Source: an uncultured Sutterella sp.
GTDB taxonomy: Bacteria; Pseudomonadota; Gammaproteobacteria; Burkholderiales; Burkholderiaceae_F
Assembly: GCA_900315045.1 (NCBI GenBank)
Contig: OMXR01000004.1
Coordinates: 26,136-90,135, forward strand
DNA length: 64,000 nt
Reading direction: 5' to 3'
Shown: in pieces, positions 19,634 to 33,039 of the stretch
Position numbering within the stretch: the first letter of the stretch is position 1
Layout of the letters: each line of letters begins with the position of its first letter
Program-made: the position numbers and the translations under genes
Notes under the pieces: model-generated
Told to the model about the DNA's origin: nothing
Seen by the model: only the letters and a program-made list of their open reading frames with translations
The model's database searches: none

Positions 19634-19666
19634 AAAAAATCCGAGACGGCATCAAACCATCCCGGA
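19634..19666 (-). terminator. Terminator-like hairpin downstream of tRNA-Ala
   Basis: On the minus strand, TCCGGGA...TCTCGGA (7 bp, 1 mismatch) is followed by TTTTTT. Confidence 0.4.
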
Positions 19667-19674
19667 CTTGAATC

Positions 19675-19750
19675 TGGTGGAGATGAGGGGGATCGAACCC
19701 CTGACCTCTGCATTGCGAACGCAGCGCTCTCCCAGCTGAGCTACACCCCC
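19675..19750 (-). tRNA. tRNA-Ala (anticodon CGC)
   Basis: My manual cloverleaf gives acceptor GGGGGTG/CATCTCC with the G3:U70 Ala identity pair, anticodon loop TTCGCAA, T-loop TTCGATC and an encoded CCA. Confidence 0.9.
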
Positions 19751-19967
19751 GAATTTTTGTCTCGAACTGTGTCGAGGTCGGTAATTTTGCATAAACACAC
19801 GGGAAAAATCAAGGGTATCGTGAAGATCTGCCCGTCCAAGTGTCTGGCATGGTGCGCTGCCCATGGGCGAGCACACTCTGGCGTTTGTTAAGATATTTGA
19901 GTTGTGCGCTGAATTTCTTCATGATGCGCCAATTTCGAAACACCACTTCAACTGTGAGGATTTTTTC

Positions 19968-20531
19968 ATGGAAAACCGCGTAGTTGTGGCAGTCATCGGC
20001 CTGGATCAGCCCGGCGTTGTTGCCTGCGTTTCACAAGTTTTCACCAAGCTTGGCTGCAATATCGAGGAAATGACGCAAACCGCCCTGCAGCAGCAGTTCG
20101 CCGGCATCTACATCGTGGACAAGCCGAGCGAGCTGTCCAATGACGCGCTGCAGGCCGAGCTCACCGCGGCCACCTCCGCCAAGCATCTGCGCCTCACCGT
20201 CGTAGCTCGCGATTATGAACAGCCCAAGAGCGGTGAGAGTGAACCTGCCGAGCCCTTCGTGATCAGCGTTTACGGCCAGGATCGCAATGACATCGTCGGC
20301 ACCTTCTCTCGCATTTTCGGCGCCCAGGGCATCAATATCGATTCGCTGCGCGCCTTTTCGCTCGGCAAGGACGAGTCAATGCAAGTCTTTGAGGTCAGCA
20401 TCCCCGAGAGCATCGACACCCGCTCCCTGCACAAGGTGCTGCTTGAGCGCGCCAAGGGCATGCAGCTGCATCTGACGATGCAGCACCGGGCCATTTTCGA
20501 AGCCGTGCACCGCGTTGCCATCGACCAGTAA
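19968..20531 (+). CDS. Double ACT-domain protein (UPF0237/GcvR-like regulatory domains)
   Basis: It has two repeats of the ACT pattern (VVVAVIGLDQPGVVACVSQVF...; FVISVYGQDRNDIVGTFSRIF...). ATG at 19968 lies 8 nt after GAGGA. Confidence 0.7.
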   Translation: MENRVVVAVIGLDQPGVVACVSQVFTKLGCNIEEMTQTALQQQFAGIYIVDKPSELSNDALQAELTAATSAKHLRLTVVARDYEQPKSGESEPAEPFVISVYGQDRNDIVGTFSRIFGAQGINIDSLRAFSLGKDESMQVFEVSIPESIDTRSLHKVLLERAKGMQLHLTMQHRAIFEAVHRVAIDQ

Positions 20532-20558
20532 CCAATTTCTCGCAAAAGGAATCCCAAC

Positions 20559-21932
20559 ATGCTGACAGACCGCGAGGTACTCTCCACAATCAACATGCTG
20601 CGCAGCGAACATCTCGATGTGCGCACAGTAACCCTCGGCATCAACCTCTTTGACTGCGCCAGCCACGACTTTGATGTATTTGAAATCAAGGTCCGCAGCA
20701 AGATCCAGAAATACGCCCGCAGGCTTGTCGAGACCTGCAACGCCGTCGGCGACCGCTACGGCATCCCCGTTGTCAACAAGCGCATCTCCGTGAGCCCCAT
20801 CGGCACGGTGGGCGCAAGCTTCACGCGCGAGCAGATGGTTCGTGCCTGTCAGATCCTCGACGAATCGGCCAAGGAGGTCGGAGTCGACTTCATCGGCGGC
20901 TTCGGCGCCCTTGTGGAAAAGGGCATCACGCCGGGCGAGCGCAACCTCATCGACGCGCTTCCCGAGGCGCTTGCCACAACGGATCGCGTCTGCTCCTCGA
21001 TCAATGTCGGCTCCACGAAGACAGGCATCAACATGGATGCCGTCAGCCTCATGGGCGAGCGCATCAAGGACTGCGCCGCTGCCACTGCAGAGCGCGATGG
21101 CATCGGCTGCGCAAAACTCGTGGTGTTCTGCAACATCCCGCAGGACGTCCCCTTCATGGCGGGCGCGTATCTCGGCGTGGGCGAGCCCGATGTCGTGATC
21201 GATGTGGGCGTTTCAGGACCCGGCGTCGTCAACAAGGCTCTGCAGCGCGCCATCGCCAACAACCACCGCAAGCTCACGCTGTCGGAAATCTCCGAGGTCA
21301 TCAAGCACACGGCATACAAGGTCACGCGCGTGGGCGAACTGATCGGCCGGGATGTCGCAAGGCGCATGGATCTTCCCTTTGGCGTGGCGGACCTCTCGCT
21401 CGCGCCCACTCCCGCGGTCGGCGACTCGGTGGGCGAGATTTTCCAGACGCTCGGTCTTTCCTCGATCGGCGCTCCCGGCTCCACCGCCATTCTGGCAATG
21501 CTCAACGACGCGGTGAAAAAGGGCGGCGTGTTCGCCTCGAGCCATGTCGGAGGCCTCTCCGGCGCATTCATTCCGGTGAGCGAGGACAGCGCCATTGAAG
21601 CGGCAGCCCGCAGCGGCTCGCTCACGCTGGAAAAGCTCGAAGCCATGACGTGCGTGTGCTCTGTCGGTCTTGACATGATTGCCATCCCCGGCGACACGCC
21701 TGCTGAAACCATTGCTGCCATGATTGCCGACGAGGCGGCCATCGGCATGATCAACAGCAAGGCAACGGCCGTGCGCGTCATCCCGGTTCCGGGCAAGAAG
21801 GTGGGTGACGTCGCCGTGTTCGGCGGCCTGCTCGGCGAGGCTTCCATCATTCGCGTTCCGGGCGGAGACTCCGCTCCATTTGTCAAGTTCGGCGGCCGGA
21901 TCCCCGCCCCGATCCACAGTCTGCGGAACTGA
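20559..21932 (+). CDS. UPF0210 (DUF711, 'PFL-like') family protein
   Basis: [33 protein letters not shown] is the characteristic UPF0210 N-terminus. The protein is ~450 aa and lies immediately after an ACT protein, which is typical for this family. Confidence 0.82.
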   Translation: MLTDREVLSTINMLRSEHLDVRTVTLGINLFDCASHDFDVFEIKVRSKIQKYARRLVETCNAVGDRYGIPVVNKRISVSPIGTVGASFTREQMVRACQILDESAKEVGVDFIGGFGALVEKGITPGERNLIDALPEALATTDRVCSSINVGSTKTGINMDAVSLMGERIKDCAAATAERDGIGCAKLVVFCNIPQDVPFMAGAYLGVGEPDVVIDVGVSGPGVVNKALQRAIANNHRKLTLSEISEVIKHTAYKVTRVGELIGRDVARRMDLPFGVADLSLAPTPAVGDSVGEIFQTLGLSSIGAPGSTAILAMLNDAVKKGGVFASSHVGGLSGAFIPVSEDSAIEAAARSGSLTLEKLEAMTCVCSVGLDMIAIPGDTPAETIAAMIADEAAIGMINSKATAVRVIPVPGKKVGDVAVFGGLLGEASIIRVPGGDSAPFVKFGGRIPAPIHSLRN

Positions 21933-21952
21933 TCGGAAAGCATCCAGCAGAG

Positions 21953-21992
21953 ACAAAACAGCCGTATCAGAGATGCGGCTGTTTTGTTTTTT
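21953..21992 (+). terminator. Strong rho-independent terminator after the UPF0210 gene
   Basis: Perfect 12-bp stem ACAAAACAGCCG/CGGCTGTTTTGT with an 11-nt loop, then a T-run. Confidence 0.85.
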
Positions 21993-22138
21993 CACAACGG
22001 TAATTTTTATCAAAATTTTTTCTTCTCAAGAAATTTACCAAAGCGCGCGGAATGGAATAACATAGGGGGTGTCAAGGATTGCTCTTCAAAATGCATGCAG
22101 TGCGCGATCCTGAAAATCCGATTCACGAAGGAGTCACC

Positions 22139-23032
22139 ATGAAGATTCTCGTACCTATCGACGGCAGCACCTACAGCCAGAACTCTCTTGAATTTCTAGT
22201 CTCCCGCAAGGAACTGCTCAGCAAGGATGCGGACATTGAGCTGCTGGTGGTTCTTGATCCTCTGCCCACGCGCGCAGCCAGACTCGTCGGCAAGGATTCC
22301 CTCGTGCATTTCTATGAAGAGGAATCCGAAAAGGTTCTCAAGCCCGCGCTCAAGTTCCTGAAGAAGTACGATGTTCAGGTGAAGGAGTCCTTCACCGTGG
22401 GCGATCCCGCGGAGAAGATTGCGGACGAAGCCAAACGTCTGGACGTTGATCTGATCATCATGGGCTCGCGCGGCCGCACCGCGCTTGCGGGCCTGTTCCT
22501 CGGCTCGGTGACGAACGGCGTGATCGCCCGCTGCAAGACGCCGATCCTCATCCTGCGCGGCAAGCCCGCTCCCGAGGATGACGACATCCGCATCGGCGTT
22601 GCGGTGGACGGCTCGAAGTATGGCGCGACTGCCGTGAAGTACCTGCTGAAGAATCTGGCGCTCTTTGGCGCGGGCAGCAAGTACTACCTCATCAATGTTG
22701 CCGGCGACTACTCCGGCTCCGTCATGCCCGACATGGCCGGTATGGCTCTGCCTGCCCTTTCCGAAAAGGAAGTGCTCGAACTTCAGAAGAAGGAGTTCTC
22801 CGAAGCCGTCGATCCGCTTCGTCCGCTCTTTGCCAAGGCCGGCATCACTCCCAAGGACGTGTGCCTGGTCGGCAACCCGGGCGACGAGATTGCAGCGTTT
22901 GCCAAGAAGAAGAACCTCGACATGATCGTCATGGGTTCGCACGGATACGGCCGCTTCAAGTCAGCCCTGATGGGCTCGACCGCCATGCGCATTGCCGCCC
23001 GCGGCGACGTGCCCATCCTGCTGATCAGATAA
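22139..23032 (+). CDS. Tandem-domain universal stress protein
   Basis: It has two USP domains (MKILVPIDGS...IIMGSRGRTALAGLFLGSVTNGV; IRIGVAVDGS...IVMGSHGYGRFKSALMGSTAMRI). ATG at 22139 follows GAAGGAG. Confidence 0.85.
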   Translation: MKILVPIDGSTYSQNSLEFLVSRKELLSKDADIELLVVLDPLPTRAARLVGKDSLVHFYEEESEKVLKPALKFLKKYDVQVKESFTVGDPAEKIADEAKRLDVDLIIMGSRGRTALAGLFLGSVTNGVIARCKTPILILRGKPAPEDDDIRIGVAVDGSKYGATAVKYLLKNLALFGAGSKYYLINVAGDYSGSVMPDMAGMALPALSEKEVLELQKKEFSEAVDPLRPLFAKAGITPKDVCLVGNPGDEIAAFAKKKNLDMIVMGSHGYGRFKSALMGSTAMRIAARGDVPILLIR

Positions 23033-23063
23033 TCGGCCTGCTTCGGGGCAACGCCCCTTGAGC

Positions 23064-23098
23064 AAAAGGCGTCCGGACAGTCTCGGGCGCCTTTTTTC
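23064..23098 (+). terminator. Rho-independent terminator after the tandem USP gene
   Basis: AAAAGGCG-TCCGG...CGGG-CGCCTTTTTT hairpin with a T-run. Confidence 0.65.
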
Positions 23099-23415
23099 GT
23101 ATCCTTGCCTCATATGGAAATGCCGCCTCCGATCAGACGAAAGCGGCACAAAAAATAAATTCGACTTAATTTTTGATTTTACCTTAATTATTTCATCCTA
23201 GCGAAAAAAACGGATCTTTCTTGCCGCATGCCAAAGATTTCCGCCAATTTTTGCAATATCACCTTGATGGTAGAAACCATTATCCGAAGGGGTGCATACA
23301 ATTTGTTACACATGTTCCCTGCCGAGTGTGCCTGCGATCCCGCTCCTCCGGGCATTACAGGCTCACCAATACGGGCGCATGAATAAATATATTTTTATTA
23401 ACAGAGGAATCCACT

Positions 23416-24663
23416 ATGGCTACAAATAAAAAGTCATTGGGTCTAGCATGGCAAATGCTGATCGGCTTGGTGCTCGGCGTCATTGTTGGCGCCGTCATTG
23501 ATGCGGAAATCGGCAAGACCTACCTGCAGCCCTTCGGTACGCTGTTTATCCGTTTGATCCGCATGGTCGTTGTTCCGCTGGTGATCGCAACCCTGATCGC
23601 CGGTGCCGCCAACATCGCCGACATCTCCAAGCTTGGCCGCGTTGCCGTCAAGATCCTGCTGCTGTACGCAGCCGGCTCGGCTCTGGCTGTGATCTTCGGC
23701 CTGTTCTTTGCCAACGTGATTGATCCGGGCGTCGGCCTGAATCTGTCCACCGAAGGTCTGGCCGTCAAGAAGGTCACGCCGCCGCCGATGGTTCAGACGC
23801 TGCTCAACATCGTTCCGATCAACCCGATGGAAGCTCTGTCCAAGGGCTCCATGCTCCAGATCATCTTCTTTGCCATCATGTTCGGCTTTGGTCTGGCTGG
23901 TCTCGGTGAAAAGGGCCGTCCTCTCGTTCAGTTCTTCGACCTCGTCGGCCAGGTGATGATTCGCGTCACCAACATGGTGATGGCCTACGCTCCGATCGGC
24001 GTGTTCGCATTGATCGCCTTCACGGTTTCCCGTCATGGTCTCGCAGTTCTGCTTCCGCTCGGCAAGCTCATCCTTGCTTCGCTCGTTGCGACGGTTCTGT
24101 ACGTGTTCCTCATCCAGGTGCCTGCCGCCAAGTTCCTCGGCGGCGTCGGCATGATGCAGTTCTTCCGCGGCATCGCCGAACCCTGGCTGATCGCCTTTAC
24201 GACCTGCTCCTCGGCTGCTGCTCTGCCCGCCAACATCCAGGCAGCTCGCCGCCTTGGCGCCACCAAGTCGATCACCTACTTCTCGATTCCGCTCGGCAAC
24301 ACGATTAACATGGCCGGCACCGCCATCTACATGGGCGTGTGCGCTGTGTTTGCCTCTGAAGTGTTCGGCATGGACCTCACCATGTCCGACCAGGTCATCA
24401 TTGTGATGATGGGCGTTCTCGCCGCCATCGGCACCGCCGGTGTCCCGGGCGCTGGCCTGATCATGACGACCATCGTCTTCACGCAGGTTGGCATTCCGCT
24501 TGAGGCTGTTGCGCTCATTGCCGGCATCGACCGTATCCTCGACATGATCCGCACTTCCGTGAACGTGACCGGCGACGTCATGTCCGCCATCGTTGTCACG
24601 AACTGGGAACACCAGCTCCACGCTGATAAGCTTGAGGCTGACGAGGGCAACGAAATCATGTAG
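23416..24663 (+). CDS. Dicarboxylate/amino acid:cation symporter (DAACS, GltP/DctA-like)
   Basis: 415 aa and multi-TM, with family-typical segments (…FIRLIRMVVVPLVIATLIAG…, …SSAAALP…, …NMAGTAIY…, …VNVTGD…). Confidence 0.85.
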   Translation: MATNKKSLGLAWQMLIGLVLGVIVGAVIDAEIGKTYLQPFGTLFIRLIRMVVVPLVIATLIAGAANIADISKLGRVAVKILLLYAAGSALAVIFGLFFANVIDPGVGLNLSTEGLAVKKVTPPPMVQTLLNIVPINPMEALSKGSMLQIIFFAIMFGFGLAGLGEKGRPLVQFFDLVGQVMIRVTNMVMAYAPIGVFALIAFTVSRHGLAVLLPLGKLILASLVATVLYVFLIQVPAAKFLGGVGMMQFFRGIAEPWLIAFTTCSSAAALPANIQAARRLGATKSITYFSIPLGNTINMAGTAIYMGVCAVFASEVFGMDLTMSDQVIIVMMGVLAAIGTAGVPGAGLIMTTIVFTQVGIPLEAVALIAGIDRILDMIRTSVNVTGDVMSAIVVTNWEHQLHADKLEADEGNEIM

Positions 24664-24706
24664 CCCGCGCCGTCCCGGGGCCCGTCCCCGGGCTGCGAAT
24701 CCCTGC

Positions 24707-24748
24707 GAGCCGGTTCTCTCTGAGTGGAGAATCGGCTCAATTCTTTTC
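24707..24748 (+). terminator. Rho-independent terminator after the symporter gene
   Basis: GAGCCGGTTCTC/GAGAATCGGCTC (12 bp including one G-U pair), then AATTCTTTT. Confidence 0.65.
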
Positions 24749-24861
24749 TGCCGAGGCTTCTTCGGACACCCGATTTCTCTTCAATGTTATGATCAGCTTG
24801 TTTCTGCTCTCCGCAGCAAGCAGTTCCCTCCGATTCCCCTTGACCGAGGAGCTTCAAGACC

Positions 24862-26082
24862 ATGTCCAGAGTCAATCCCAACTATCTGCAGCTCAAGAGC
24901 TACCTCTTCACCGGCATCGCCCAGAAGGTTGCCGCCCACCGCAATGCGCATCCGGATCAGAAAATCATCAGTCTTGGCATCGGAGACGTCACGCACCCGT
25001 TCATCCCAGCCGTCGTCTCGGCTCTGCACAAGGCGGTTGACGAAAACGCCTCCCTTGCCGGTTTTCACGGCTACGGGCCGAGCTGCGGGTATCCGTTTCT
25101 GCGCGAGGCGATTGCGCAGGAATACGCCCGTCTTGGCGTCACCGTTTCAAGCGACGAAATCTTTGTGAGCGACGGCGCCAAGAGCGATGTCGGAAACATC
25201 CAGGAGCTCTTTTCGCCCGATGCTGTGATCGCCGTCACCAATCCCACTTACACCGTCTACATCGATTCCAATGTGATGGCCGGACGGGCAGGTGAGGCAC
25301 TGCCCGACGGGCGCTTCTCCAGCATCGTCTATCTGCCCTGCACAAGGGAAAACGGCTTTGTCCCAGACTTTCCCGAACGCGCGACGGATCTTGTCTACCT
25401 GTGCTACCCGAACAATCCCACGGGCACGGCGCTTACGCGCGAGCAGCTTGCCGGGTGGGTCGACTGGGCAATCCGCAACCGCTCGATCATTCTCTTTGAC
25501 GCAGCCTACGAGGCGTTCATCACGGACAAGGACGTGCCGCACTCCATCTACGAGATCGAGGGTGCCAGAGAGGTAGCCATCGAATTTCGCAGCTACTCCA
25601 AGACGGCGGGCTTTACCGGGCTGCGGTGCGGCTGCACCGTGATTCCCAAGGAGCTCACTGCCGCGGGTCCCGACGGAGCCCCCGTTCCGCTCAATCCGCT
25701 CTGGAACCGCAGGCAATGCACCAAGTACAACGGCTGCCCGTACATCGTGCAGCGCGCGGCCGAAGCGTCCCACAGCCCAGAGGGGCGCAGGCAGATTGCC
25801 GAGGCGCTCAGCCTCTACCACGGCAACGCCGCGGGGATTCTTGCCGCAGCCCGCGAAATCGGCCTTGATGCCTTTGGCGGCATCAACTCCCCCTACGTCT
25901 GGCTCTCGACGCCGCCCAAGATGAGCTCCTGGGCGTTCTTTGAGCTTCTGCTTGAGAAATGCGCGCTCATCTGCACGCCGGGCGTTGGCTTTGGCTCGTG
26001 CGGCGAAGGCTTTGTCCGCATCTCCGCATTCGGCACGCGCGAGAACAATCTTGAGGCGATCAGCCGCCTGAAGCAGATCTAG
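24862..26082 (+). CDS. dapL: LL-diaminopimelate aminotransferase
   Basis: There is end-to-end resemblance to DapL as I remember it: [12 protein letters not shown]...[10 protein letters not shown]...[15 protein letters not shown]...[17 protein letters not shown]...[10 protein letters not shown]...FDAAYEAFI...[33 protein letters not shown]...[16 protein letters not shown]. Confidence 0.88.
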   Translation: MSRVNPNYLQLKSYLFTGIAQKVAAHRNAHPDQKIISLGIGDVTHPFIPAVVSALHKAVDENASLAGFHGYGPSCGYPFLREAIAQEYARLGVTVSSDEIFVSDGAKSDVGNIQELFSPDAVIAVTNPTYTVYIDSNVMAGRAGEALPDGRFSSIVYLPCTRENGFVPDFPERATDLVYLCYPNNPTGTALTREQLAGWVDWAIRNRSIILFDAAYEAFITDKDVPHSIYEIEGAREVAIEFRSYSKTAGFTGLRCGCTVIPKELTAAGPDGAPVPLNPLWNRRQCTKYNGCPYIVQRAAEASHSPEGRRQIAEALSLYHGNAAGILAAAREIGLDAFGGINSPYVWLSTPPKMSSWAFFELLLEKCALICTPGVGFGSCGEGFVRISAFGTRENNLEAISRLKQI

Positions 26083-26103
26083 CCCGGCTGCCAGCGCCCA
26101 AGC

Positions 26104-26132
26104 AAAAGCCCGAGCGTAAAGCCCGGGCTTTG
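26104..26132. terminator. Hairpin between convergent dapL and greA (possible bidirectional terminator)
   Basis: AAAGCCCG...CGGGCTTT with short A/T runs on both flanks. Confidence 0.45.
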
Positions 26133-26166
26133 CGTGCGTGCGCCTGAAGCAGGCGGCTTGAGCCTG

Positions 26167-26646
26167 TCAGATGTACTGCACGGAATTGATCGCGTAGTGA
26201 ATGAGGCCCTTTGGCGCCTGAACGGTCACCTCGTCCCCCTCGAACTTGCCGATCAGGCTGCGCGCGATGGGGCTGGAGATGGAGATCTTGCTCTTTTTGA
26301 GATCGGCTTCGTCATCGCCCACGATCTGGTAGGTCTTCACTTCGCCCGTATCCTCGTCCTCAAGCTCGACGGTCGCACCGAAAACGATGCGGTCGCCCGC
26401 CTGAAGGGTCTTCGGATCAATGATCTGCAGCAAGGGCAACTTGCCCTCGAGCTCGGCAATGCGCCCCTCGATGTGGCCCTGCATTTCCTTTGCGGCATCG
26501 TATTCGGCGTTTTCCGACAGGTCACCCTTTTCCCTGGCCTCGGCAATTGCCGCCACAACCATCGGACGCTTGACGCGCTTGAGCTCATCGAGTTCGCGAC
26601 GCAGCTGCTCGGCGCCTTCTTCGGTAATCGGAATACGCTTTTCCAT
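26167..26646 (-). CDS. greA: Transcription elongation factor GreA
   Basis: [23 protein letters not shown]...[17 protein letters not shown]... I place the start at the internal Met (26646). Confidence 0.95.
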   Translation of the reverse strand: MEKRIPITEEGAEQLRRELDELKRVKRPMVVAAIAEAREKGDLSENAEYDAAKEMQGHIEGRIAELEGKLPLLQIIDPKTLQAGDRIVFGATVELEDEDTGEVKTYQIVGDDEADLKKSKISISSPIARSLIGKFEGDEVTVQAPKGLIHYAINSVQYI

Positions 26647-26737
26647 CTTTCCTCTTCCCTCGGGGGAATCATTCAAAGTTCAGTCAAGGGAGCGCATTGT
26701 ACTCGCGCTCCCCTGACTTGAGTGCCCGCGCCGTATT

Positions 26738-29947
<3,210 letters not shown>

Positions 29948-29949
29948 GG

Positions 29950-30543
29950 CTAGTCTTCGTAGTTTTGCGGATCAAGCTCGCGCTCGACGAGCTCGATCAG
30001 AATATGGATCACTTTGATGTGCAGCTCCTGCACGCGGTCGGCGTAGCGGCCGGCGGGAGTGACGATTGCGATGTCGGAGAGTTCGGCAAGAGGCGAGCCC
30101 GCCTTGCCGGTCATGCCGATCACCTTGGCCCCTTTCATCTTGGCAGCGCGCGCGGCGGCGAGAATGTTGCCGCTCGTGCCCGAGGTGCTGATCGCGAGCA
30201 CGACATCCCGGTCGGTAGCGTATGCCTCAAGCCATCTTGAGAACACGTGTTCGTAGCCGAAGTCGTTGGCCACGCACGCCATGTGGGAGACGTCCGAAAT
30301 CGCGCTTGCCCGGTAGGGCTTTCTGTTCTTGCGGTAGCGCCCGGTCATCTCCTCGGCAAAGTGCATGGCGTCGCAAAGGCTCCCGCCGTTTCCGCACGAG
30401 TAGACCGCGCCGCCCCGCCGCTGGCTCTCGGCAATGAGGTGTCCTGCCTCTGCCACGGCCTGAAGCATCGGCCGATTGTGCAGAAGCTTCTCAAGGCCTT
30501 CCCGCGCCTCGGCAAGCGCCGCTAATACAACCTGTTCGCTCAT
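29950..30543 (-). CDS. gmhA: D-sedoheptulose-7-phosphate isomerase (SIS domain, GmhA type)
   Basis: [26 protein letters not shown]...[23 protein letters not shown]...ISTSGTSGN...[21 protein letters not shown] closely parallels E. coli GmhA as I remember it. Confidence 0.85.
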   Translation of the reverse strand: MSEQVVLAALAEAREGLEKLLHNRPMLQAVAEAGHLIAESQRRGGAVYSCGNGGSLCDAMHFAEEMTGRYRKNRKPYRASAISDVSHMACVANDFGYEHVFSRWLEAYATDRDVVLAISTSGTSGNILAAARAAKMKGAKVIGMTGKAGSPLAELSDIAIVTPAGRYADRVQELHIKVIHILIELVERELDPQNYED

Positions 30544-30549
30544 ATGCCG

Positions 30550-31737
30550 TCAGCTCCCCGCCTTAGCGGCCTTCATCAGGTCCACGAACTTGTCAAAAAG
30601 CATGCAGATGTCATGCGGGCCGGGGCTTGCCTCGGGATGCCCCTGGAAACTGAACGCAGGCGCATCGAGGAATTCCATTCCCTGGAGCGATCCGTCAAAC
30701 AGGCTCCTGTGCGTTGCCTTCACGTTGGCGGGCAGCGTGCCGGCATCCACGGCAAACCCGTGGTTCTGCGCGGTGATGTACACGCGATGCGTGGCGATGT
30801 CTTCGACAGGGTGATTGCCGCCGTGGTGGCCGAACTTCATCTTGACCGTCTTGGCTCCTGCCGCGAGGCCCATGATCTGGTGGCCAAGGCAGATGCCAAA
30901 AAGCGGGATCTTCTTTTCAAGGAACGTTCTGGCGGCTTCGATCGCATAGCCGCAAGGCTCGGGGTCGCCCGGTCCGTTCGAGAGGAACACGCCGTCGGGC
31001 GCCATCTCCAGCACGGCGCTGGCGGGCGTCTGGGCGGGCACGACCGTGACGCGGATTCCCCGGTCGCACATCAGCCGCAGGATGTTGCGCTTCACGCCGA
31101 AGTCGTAGGCGACGACGTGGTACTTGGAGGTATCGGGGTTGGTGAACCCGGGCTCGCCGTCCGCGCCGTGCAGCGACCAGGTGCCCTGCGTCCATTCGTA
31201 GGGCTTGTCCACAGTCACTTCCTTCGCCAGATCCCGGCCGACCATCGAGCCCCAGCCGGCCGCGGCTCTGGCGGCCGCCTGCAGCTGTTCCTCGGAAAGC
31301 TCGCCCGACTCGGCGGCAACGATCGCTCCGGGCTGCGCGCCGCGGCTTCGCAGAATGCGCGTGAGACGCCGGGTGTCGATGTCGCTGATGCCGACGACGC
31401 CGGAGCGCTTGAGATAGGCATCGAGCGGCTCCTGCGCGCGGAAATTGCTGACCACGGGCGAGGCGCACCGGATGATGAGCCCTGCGGCATAGACGCGGGT
31501 GCTTTCGCAGTCCTCGCTGTTCACGCCGACGTTTCCGATGTGCGGATACGTGAGCGTCACGATCTGTCCCGTGTAGCTTGGATCCGTGATGATTTCCTGG
31601 TAGCCGGTCATGGAGGTGTTGAACACAACCTCGGCGGTGACCATGCCGGCTGCGCCGATTGAACGTCCCAAAAACGTTGTGCCGTCGGCGAGCACCAGAG
31701 CCGCCTGGGCGCGCGTATCGGTAATGATGGAAGTCAA
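30550..31737 (-). CDS. carA: Carbamoyl-phosphate synthase small (glutaminase) subunit
   Basis: [14 protein letters not shown]...[29 protein letters not shown]...GICLGHQ...HHG.NHPV. Confidence 0.97.
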   Translation of the reverse strand: MTSIITDTRAQAALVLADGTTFLGRSIGAAGMVTAEVVFNTSMTGYQEIITDPSYTGQIVTLTYPHIGNVGVNSEDCESTRVYAAGLIIRCASPVVSNFRAQEPLDAYLKRSGVVGISDIDTRRLTRILRSRGAQPGAIVAAESGELSEEQLQAAARAAAGWGSMVGRDLAKEVTVDKPYEWTQGTWSLHGADGEPGFTNPDTSKYHVVAYDFGVKRNILRLMCDRGIRVTVVPAQTPASAVLEMAPDGVFLSNGPGDPEPCGYAIEAARTFLEKKIPLFGICLGHQIMGLAAGAKTVKMKFGHHGGNHPVEDIATHRVYITAQNHGFAVDAGTLPANVKATHRSLFDGSLQGMEFLDAPAFSFQGHPEASPGPHDICMLFDKFVDLMKAAKAGS

Positions 31738-32085
31738 AATACTCTCCCTGTGAAATGGCCCCGCAAAGAGCGGAAAATGCGGGCTTCATTGCGAGCATCC
31801 CCTCCCGTGCGATCCAGCTGAAAAAGAAGCCGGAAAGGCAATGCGAAAGGGCTCTACAAAATCGATCAATTATATCTTTTGTCCGTTTTAGGCTTTTTGC
31901 ACCTGCGAGCCAAAAGCGTCATTTCCCCCTAGGACATAGAGCCTAGAAGTTCTGCGAAAAATCTTTTCTTCATCTCTTTACCTCGGCCTGCCCGCCAAGC
32001 ACCCGGATTTCGTGAGGAACGCCAGCCTACCAACAGACTCCCTTTGCTGATACTCTTCCTTGGTTACTTCATCGGAAAGACATCC

Positions 32086-33024
32086 ATGCAGACGCGAAAC
32101 GAACTTGAGCAATTGCGCGAATACACCATCGTTGTGGCCGATACCGGCGATATCGACGAGATTGCCAGAGTGCGCCCGGCAGAGGCTACGACCAATCCAT
32201 CCCTCATCCTCAAGGTTGCGCGCCTTGACAAGTACCGCGCCATCATTGAGCAGGCAAAGCGCCAGGCATCTGCGGCTGAAGAGCGTGCCGACCGCGTTCT
32301 CGTCGGCTTTGGCGCACGAATCCTCGAACACATCCCAGGGCGCGTCTCGACGGAAGTGGATGCGCGGGCTTCTTTTGACGTCCCGCAAACCGTGAAGCGC
32401 GCCCGCCGCATCATCGCCCTTTACGAATCTCTCGGCTTTGACCGCTCCCGGGTACTGATCAAAATCGCCGCAACCTGGGAGGGATGTGAGGCTTGCCGGA
32501 TTCTTCAGGCCGAGGGCATCAACTGCAATCTGACACTGATCTTTGCCCTTGCGCAGGCCGAGGCAAGCGCCCAGGCTGGCGCCACGCTCATCAGCCCCTT
32601 CGTGGGCCGCATCTATGACTGGTTCAAGGCCGCCGAAGGCAGCTGCTGGGACGAGAACGCCAACAGCGGCGCAAAGGATCCCGGCGTGCAGTCCGTGACG
32701 GAAATCTTCAGGCGTCTGAAGGGCGCCCGCAGCCGCACCCGGATCATGGGCGCGAGCTTCAGGAACAAGGGCGAAATCCTTGCGCTTGCCGGCTGCGATC
32801 TGCTTACCATCGCCCCCAAGTTCATGGATGAACTGAAAGACTCCTTCTCGCCGCTGCCGCGCGCACTTGATCCCGGTGCCGTGCCCGAGACCGATCCCAT
32901 CAGCATCAGCGAAGCGCAGTTCCGCTACCGCATGAACTGCTCGGAGGTCGCCACGGTCAAACTCGCCGAGGGCATCCGCTCCTTTGCAGCTGACACCGAG
33001 CGGCTCGAAGGCATGCTTTTGTAG
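32086..33024 (+). CDS. tal: Transaldolase
   Basis: LEQLREYTIVVADTGDI...ATTNPSLILK...VLIKIAATWEG...NCNLTLIF...ISPFVGRI. I place the start at Met 32086. Confidence 0.95.
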   Translation: MQTRNELEQLREYTIVVADTGDIDEIARVRPAEATTNPSLILKVARLDKYRAIIEQAKRQASAAEERADRVLVGFGARILEHIPGRVSTEVDARASFDVPQTVKRARRIIALYESLGFDRSRVLIKIAATWEGCEACRILQAEGINCNLTLIFALAQAEASAQAGATLISPFVGRIYDWFKAAEGSCWDENANSGAKDPGVQSVTEIFRRLKGARSRTRIMGASFRNKGEILALAGCDLLTIAPKFMDELKDSFSPLPRALDPGAVPETDPISISEAQFRYRMNCSEVATVKLAEGIRSFAADTERLEGMLL

Positions 33025-33039
33025 GAATCTCACCGTCCC

